IMG/VR virus record: IMGVR_UViG_3300025603_000008
Strand: one strand, 5' to 3'
Source: an uncultured virus (IMG/VR IMGVR_UViG_3300025603_000008)
Lineage: Duplodnaviria > Heunggongvirae > Uroviricota > Caudoviricetes
Length of the DNA: 64,000 bases
The translations under genes and the position numbers were made by a program. Positions 59,176-64,000 of the stretch are shown here, piece by piece (positions within the stretch are counted from its first letter, which is position 1; each line of letters begins with the position of its first letter). Under the pieces are notes generated by a model that searched no databases, had not been told where the DNA came from, and worked only from the letters and a program-made list of their open reading frames with translations.

Positions 59176-60180
59176 ATGAATAATATTGATAAATCAAATC
59201 GTCCAAACAAAGAGCTTATAAGAGCCATTGAAGGCCAAGAGCATGCTTATGCGGATAATCATATACTTGGGCCATATGGTTTAGACCTAGCTTTGGTCGA
59301 ATACCAAAGATGTTTGAGCTGGTTCCAAGAGAGGGCGCCTGGAACCTCTCCCCAGAATATCCACATCCACATCCCTGCTCTTTTAGATATCATGTCCAAG
59401 ATAAAGAGCAAAGAGGCTATTCACTCTGAGGAGCTTGAAGAGCTCGCTAGAGAGCTTGTATCTGATTTCTTTGCCTTTCCCCAGGAGAATTTTAAAAGTA
59501 CAAATATCTCCGATGACTTCGACCTGGAAGAAGATACTCTAGCCCCAAAAACTAAAGTGGACAAAGACAAACTTGTAGAACACATTAATAAAAGAATTAT
59601 CTTAAATGCGATTGTGCATGGAGGAGCTGTTAATTGCTGGAAAACAATTCACATGCTGGCTGATGAACATCTAAATAAAATTGACCCTGAATTATCTGGT
59701 TTGTATTCAGATTTTACCGCTATATCATCAATGATGATGTGGCAATCCCCACCTCTCCCTGATTTGCCAGACGATAAAATAAGAGCTTTCTTAACTTCTC
59801 AAAATATAAAGCAAGGACAGAATAAAGTTAGTTTTCAAAAAGATGAACCATATATATCCGCAGAAGCAACATGCTTCCCTGTGTTGTTGCATGAGTTGGT
59901 AAAAGGGGTTTTGGATTTGGTTTCCCTATACGGGATAGACCAGTCTCTTAGTGCTGATGAACAGCAGTACATAATGAATCAAGCAGATAAACACTGGGAT
60001 GAAAGATGGTACTATTTGTTCGGCCCTGGAATCTGGGACATTCTAATGGAAAATGAACAACCAAATTCCACATCCATCGCCGAAATGATGCAAAGTGTAT
60101 CAACAACAAAGTATTCTTCAATTGTAACTTACCTACAAAACTCTTTAGATGATGCCAGAGACGATGCCCCACAGGCCTGA
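59176..60180 (+). CDS. conserved large-phage protein (FP.L.HEL.KG motif)
   Basis: KR.I.NA...G.A, HELVKG, E.W....GP. Confidence 0.75.
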   Translation: MNNIDKSNRPNKELIRAIEGQEHAYADNHILGPYGLDLALVEYQRCLSWFQERAPGTSPQNIHIHIPALLDIMSKIKSKEAIHSEELEELARELVSDFFAFPQENFKSTNISDDFDLEEDTLAPKTKVDKDKLVEHINKRIILNAIVHGGAVNCWKTIHMLADEHLNKIDPELSGLYSDFTAISSMMMWQSPPLPDLPDDKIRAFLTSQNIKQGQNKVSFQKDEPYISAEATCFPVLLHELVKGVLDLVSLYGIDQSLSADEQQYIMNQADKHWDERWYYLFGPGIWDILMENEQPNSTSIAEMMQSVSTTKYSSIVTYLQNSLDDARDDAPQA

Positions 60181-60289
60181 AACCAAGCCTGAAACCAAGC
60201 CTAAAACCAAGCCCTCTCCCTTCAATCCTCCAAAACCTAAAGTGGACCCAACACCAAAAGGAACGTATGCAACGATGCTAATAAAATAA
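60164..60289 (+). CDS. 41-aa Pro/Lys-rich peptide (PETK repeats)
   Basis: MPHRPETKPETKPKTKPSPFNPPKPKVDPTPKG... Confidence 0.5.
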   Translation: MPHRPETKPETKPKTKPSPFNPPKPKVDPTPKGTYATMLIK

Positions 60290-60336
60290 ATAAGAAAATT
60301 TCTCATCCCCTTGACTCTCCCTGACTCATAAGAAAT

Positions 60337-60588
60337 ATGGAAACAAAAGCACAAACCGAATTACAAAAAGCAGTACTCTCCCTAGTTAGAGAGAGGCAAA
60401 AATCATTCAACTTAATAACAGTTGGTGAGCTCAAGACCATACTGAAGAAGCCTATGACCAAGATTGTTGAAGCGGCTGAAGATATGGACCTGTGTGTGAA
60501 CGTTGGAATTAAAACTAATAATGGGCACGGAAATATAGCGAAGCGCGACTGGAGCATCGAGGACTTAGATTATCCATATGCAGATTAA
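60337..60588 (+). CDS. hypothetical protein
   Basis: Motif-led. Confidence 0.7.
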   Translation: METKAQTELQKAVLSLVRERQKSFNLITVGELKTILKKPMTKIVEAAEDMDLCVNVGIKTNNGHGNIAKRDWSIEDLDYPYAD

Positions 60589-60985
60589 GCTGATTATACA
60601 AAAGGTCAATTTGTTTAGTATTGTCGATGGAACAACAGTTGTAGCTAGAATCACAATTGACGACTCACTTGAGTACACTCAGCAAGAGGATATAGAATCC
60701 TTAAAAGAAGGGATAGGTTCTTTGTATCAGGTGGGGCCTGAGGATGTTCAGACAGAATTGGAGTACCAAACTGAACTGCTTCATATGGCTGTAATTCTTG
60801 CTGGTTTGGCAAAACAAACATTTGAAAAATCATCCCAACAAGGAGGAGGCACTCATGAGTTAAAAGAGCAAGCCATTATGAATGGCTTAGCAACAAAGGC
60901 TCATGAAAATGTGTTGACGAAAATTAAGAAGATAAAAAAACTTGAAAAGAACTACGATAAACAAGGGTTCTGGAGAAAGAAATAA
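60578..60985 (+). CDS. hypothetical protein
   Basis: Overlapping ORF containing an internal motif at 60830. Confidence 0.65.
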   Translation: MQIKLIIQKVNLFSIVDGTTVVARITIDDSLEYTQQEDIESLKEGIGSLYQVGPEDVQTELEYQTELLHMAVILAGLAKQTFEKSSQQGGGTHELKEQAIMNGLATKAHENVLTKIKKIKKLEKNYDKQGFWRKK

Positions 60986-61106
60986 GTCACATATTTAATC
61001 TAATCGAGTTTTTCATAATTAGTTTGTATAATTCAAGTATTGTTTATAGATTAGCATTTAGCGACTGATAAAAAGAGAATTAAAACTCATTAATAACCAT
61101 AACAAA

Positions 61107-61730
61107 ATGACGACAATCGCACAAGTCAGAAGACCAAAACAAAAGGAACGCAAAGAAGCGGATGCAAAGTTAATAAGCTTAATGCTTAATGGTTCAAACC
61201 GAGAAAAAGAGCAGGCTTACACTGAGCTTTATAGCAATTACACTTACTTCTTGACCTACTTCTTTAGCAAGTCAGTACAAGACCCGAATTCAGTAGCCGA
61301 CTTGATGATTGAATCCATTGGAAAAGCATTTAAAAACATTCATAAGTTTGATTCTAAATACGCTTTCTCCACGTGGATGCACACAATCGCCACCAACACA
61401 CTCATCGACTTCAAACGCAAACAGAAAATTGAAGTTCAATCCTTTGAGGAGTTGAGTCATTCAGATGATGAAGGAAAAAACTATATTTTTGAAGCAAGGT
61501 CAAATGGTATGCAGCCTGATGAAATTATCGAACGACAGGCTTCTCATGTGGAGTTACACAAGAAAGTAAATAACCTAAGACCTATATACAAAAAGCTTAT
61601 CGAGATGCGCTTCATTCAAGAGCTGTCGTATAAAGAGATTGCCGAATCACTTGGAGCAAGCATTGGCACAGTAAAGGCGCAGATATTTCGCGCTAAAAAT
61701 GCGCTTGCAGTTCAATATGAAAACTGCTAA
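61107..61730 (+). CDS. ECF sigma-70 factor (SigW-like)
   Basis: Region 2 KAFKNIHKFDSKYAFSTWMHTIATN, region 4 LSYKEIAESLGASIGTVKAQIFRAK. Confidence 0.92.
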   Translation: MTTIAQVRRPKQKERKEADAKLISLMLNGSNREKEQAYTELYSNYTYFLTYFFSKSVQDPNSVADLMIESIGKAFKNIHKFDSKYAFSTWMHTIATNTLIDFKRKQKIEVQSFEELSHSDDEGKNYIFEARSNGMQPDEIIERQASHVELHKKVNNLRPIYKKLIEMRFIQELSYKEIAESLGASIGTVKAQIFRAKNALAVQYENC

Positions 61731-62003
61731 TCCAATCTACAAAACCAACAGTGGCTTTGTAAAATGAGATTTGTCTAACAAAATAATACTTAAACTGATA
61801 TGACAAAAAAGTCTCTTTAGAAATAAAGAGACTTTTTTGTTTTGGAATTCCAACGAAACAAATTACATCAAAAGGTTAACTCAGTTGTAACCTTTTGATG
61901 TAATTCTCGTATATTGGAATAAGGTTTTTATTTCAAATGCATTCTCATCCTGAAACCAAAAGCCAACTCATGTAGAGAGAACAACAAAAACGAAAATAGG
62001 ATT

Positions 62004-62903
62004 ATGGAAATGAAGACCACAACAGAAATGCAAGCTACACTTCCTTGGGAAGTTAAGAAAAGAAGTATTGCAGACGCTGAGTCGAATATTATCATTCCAG
62101 GATGGAAACAGCTTGTTAAGGTCGTTCCTGGGCAAGATGCTATCCACGGGAAGTCTTTTCATGTAGCGAAAGACAGTTACTGTCCACCATCTATCGCGGA
62201 ATTCACAGACTATTACCACGAGCTCGCCGCTATCACAGGATTCGAGCCTGCAGGTTTCCAGGAGTGGCACGAAGGTAAAAAAGTTTTTGGATACCTCAAA
62301 AACACAAAAGAGAATTTTGATATTGATGGCAACAATATTGAGGATTATCTCCTTATAGGTGTGGGGTTTGGTGGGAATACATCTTTCTTCGTTGGGTCGG
62401 TTAATCGCTTGATGAGATGTACAAACGAATTCGGAAACATCAACCGAACTTGGAAAATCAGAAATACAATTGGACGTCACCTGAAGACCGAAGAACTTAT
62501 TCAATCATTTGACCAACACATAGCCACAAGAGAGTTGATGTTCGATGCCTTCCGAAAGTTCCAGGAAGTAAAAATTTCTCCAGAACTTGTCACAGCGTGC
62601 AAGCGCCAGTTGCTAGGTATCGGAGAGCAGGATAAGATTGCTGACTTGAGTTCCTACAAACGCAACCGATATCAAGAACTATCAGTTGCAATGAACTCTG
62701 AAATGCAAGAGCTAGGCCAGAACGCTTGGGGTTTGTTTAACGGAGCAACCTGGTACACAACTCACGACCTCAAAAAAGACGAAAGTGACAAGAATATTTT
62801 TGGGAATATCTCTGGAGACCTCAGAAATAGCTTGAACAAAAATGCCTTCGATTTCTGTGCAAAGGTAACACAGGAACAACTGAGAGTTGAGATAGCAATG
62901 TAA
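62004..62903 (+). CDS. DUF932/DUF945-family phage protein
   Basis: LPWEV.K, G.KV, RLMRCTN, AWGLFNGAT.Y.TH. Confidence 0.8.
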   Translation: MEMKTTTEMQATLPWEVKKRSIADAESNIIIPGWKQLVKVVPGQDAIHGKSFHVAKDSYCPPSIAEFTDYYHELAAITGFEPAGFQEWHEGKKVFGYLKNTKENFDIDGNNIEDYLLIGVGFGGNTSFFVGSVNRLMRCTNEFGNINRTWKIRNTIGRHLKTEELIQSFDQHIATRELMFDAFRKFQEVKISPELVTACKRQLLGIGEQDKIADLSSYKRNRYQELSVAMNSEMQELGQNAWGLFNGATWYTTHDLKKDESDKNIFGNISGDLRNSLNKNAFDFCAKVTQEQLRVEIAM

Positions 62904-62954
62904 AAACCAAAATTCTAACATATATAAAGGGGACGTCGAGTTGGCGTCCCCTTT

Positions 62955-63212
62955 ATGTTTTTAAAAATGAATTCTGATTTAGAACTTTTTATTACAATTA
63001 CATCTGAGCTGTCAAAATTGGAGAACACAATTCTAAACGCCTCTATTTGCTCTTGTGGATTAAATCAAAATGATATGTCCTTAGAAGAATTGCATGAAGC
63101 AGCACAAGAGCTTTTTTGGATTGCTAACGACCTTGCTGCAGACGATGACTTCGAACAAGGAATTCTAGAAGAAGTTGAACTCGCATTGGAGCAGTTGTCC
63201 GAACGCCTTTAA
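62955..63212 (+). CDS. acidic hypothetical protein
   Basis: ORF after terminator 62926-62954. Confidence 0.6.
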   Translation: MFLKMNSDLELFITITSELSKLENTILNASICSCGLNQNDMSLEELHEAAQELFWIANDLAADDDFEQGILEEVELALEQLSERL

Positions 63213-63267
63213 TTTTAACTTACTTCTTTTTACAATTAAGTGTATTTTCCAAATCCTATGAGCTCTC

Positions 63268-63843
63268 TTGAGTGTCTGGGATGAAAAAGAATTTGATGAA
63301 ATGAATGAACACTACTTCCAAAGAAGAACAAAACAAATAATGGGGCTGCTGGGTTACATCGGTGGAATCGTTATCTTGGTATATTCAATCTACTTAGGAA
63401 TCACAACAGAATCTCTGGCACACATAAATCTTTCAGCCACAGGTATAGTTGTGTTCTATTTAGCGGATATAATGCTTTCTTCTTATGCTAGAATGGAGCT
63501 ACTGCTTAGAATAATTAAACGCCAGGAAACATTACATCGCCAAAGCCTACAAAATAGAGCACCCATGCCCCCAACGCCAGAGCTTTCTGATAACTCACAG
63601 GAAAATCTTGCAATGAAATTTAATATTTCTCCCGAAGACCTAATAAAGTCTTTTAATGAACTGGGACTTGAAATTCAAAAAGCTATAGAAGCAGAGCAAG
63701 AAGGAAAAACAATTGATGACGTGTCTTTAGAAGAACTTCAGGATATGATGAGTGAAGCAATTAAAAAAGAAGATTATGAAAAAGCATCCTACATACGAAA
63801 TGTTATAGACAAACGAAAAGAGCCACCTGAAAATGCTGACTGA
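63268..63843 (+). CDS. membrane protein with C-terminal UvrB/C (UVR) motif
   Basis: Two TM helices, LEELQ.MM.EAI..EDYEKA..IR. Confidence 0.7.
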   Translation: MSVWDEKEFDEMNEHYFQRRTKQIMGLLGYIGGIVILVYSIYLGITTESLAHINLSATGIVVFYLADIMLSSYARMELLLRIIKRQETLHRQSLQNRAPMPPTPELSDNSQENLAMKFNISPEDLIKSFNELGLEIQKAIEAEQEGKTIDDVSLEELQDMMSEAIKKEDYEKASYIRNVIDKRKEPPENAD

Positions 63844-64000
63844 GATAAAACGTCTTATGTTGAAAAGTATTTTTAAATTAAAATTGGACACTAAAGAATA
63901 AATCGTATATTCATTCTTTAGTGTTAAGTATTTTGAGTTTTTGGTGCGGGTGATTTCCGCAAAAGCAAGTTGTTATTTACTTGTTTTGGTTTAGGTTAAA

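Larger units (their letters stand above)
17085..61971 (+). promoter_or_regulatory. class I motif array, plus-strand arm (about 90 copies of TCATCC-N15-ACTCAT)
   Basis: Copies at 15814, 17085, 17161, 17267, 18128, 18328, 18649, 19510, 19779, 20066, 20559, 20915, 21249, 21423, 21878, 22259, 23100, 23375, 23731, 24424, 24762, 25389, 25865, 26225, 26670, 26746, 27652, 27834, 28076, 28619, 28896, 29361, 29819, 29943, 30271, 30733, 31094, 31515, 32359, 32838, 33317, 33595, 33854, 34470, 35555, 35807-35880, 36306, 36391, 36836, 36921, 37753, 37951, 38435, 39207, 39283, 40074, 40396, 40751, 41553, 42391, 42687, 43640, 43925, 44348, 44859, 45485, 46285, 46810, 47720, 48024, 48486, 48678, 49239, 49507, 50020, 50971, 51885, 52343, 53213, 53876, 54744, 54821, 55179, 57967, 58090, 60303, 60830, 61945. 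Confidence 0.9.

Noticed and set aside
13640..61971. Class I repeats as a CRISPR array
   Set aside because: Only two 6-bp boxes are conserved, intervals are whole genes of variable length, and there are no cas genes.
888..62921. Numerous antisense or shadow ORFs (e.g. 17511..17774, 26893..27264, 43179..43568, 50331..50654, 61968..62504)
   Set aside because: They overlap better-supported genes or tRNAs and lack promoter motifs or recognisable domains.
63883..63909. Class II promoter near window end
   Set aside because: CGTATA is present but there is no AAC box at the 16-nt spacing.
1..64000. Alternative genetic code implied by the UUA tRNA
   Set aside because: TAA, TAG and TGA all end genes right before the next promoter, and coding density is already high under code 11.

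Overview
This 64-kb window looks like part of a large (jumbo-type) phage genome infecting a Bacteroidota host. It has dense small ORFs with no Shine-Dalgarno sequences, TAnnTTTG host-type promoters, a SigW-like ECF sigma factor, four tRNAs, ParB-like, SprT, PAPS-reductase-like, gp88-like, DUF932 and PARG-like genes, a tyrosine recombinase and a deleted IS605-family element. The dominant unexplained structure runs from 13.6 to 62 kb. About 100 copies (hand count) of a bipartite motif, TCATCC-N15-ACTCAT, sit in front of nearly every gene, usually 7 nt before the ATG, which predicts leaderless mRNAs. The same motif marks duplication breakpoints and encodes the C-termini of many upstream genes, so it appears to be both a promoter and a cassette-shuffling site. 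The array begins next to a tyrosine recombinase and a structured non-coding locus. Overlaid on it are a strand-polarised heptamer (CTCTCCC), a recurring 76-bp double-promoter/small-RNA module, a second ECF promoter class (GAAAC-N16-CGTATA), attC-like hairpins, a GGNCC-dense non-coding segment and a tRNA with an ochre-suppressor UUA anticodon. All counts and coordinates were read by eye. No database searches were run, so family assignments rest on remembered motifs.
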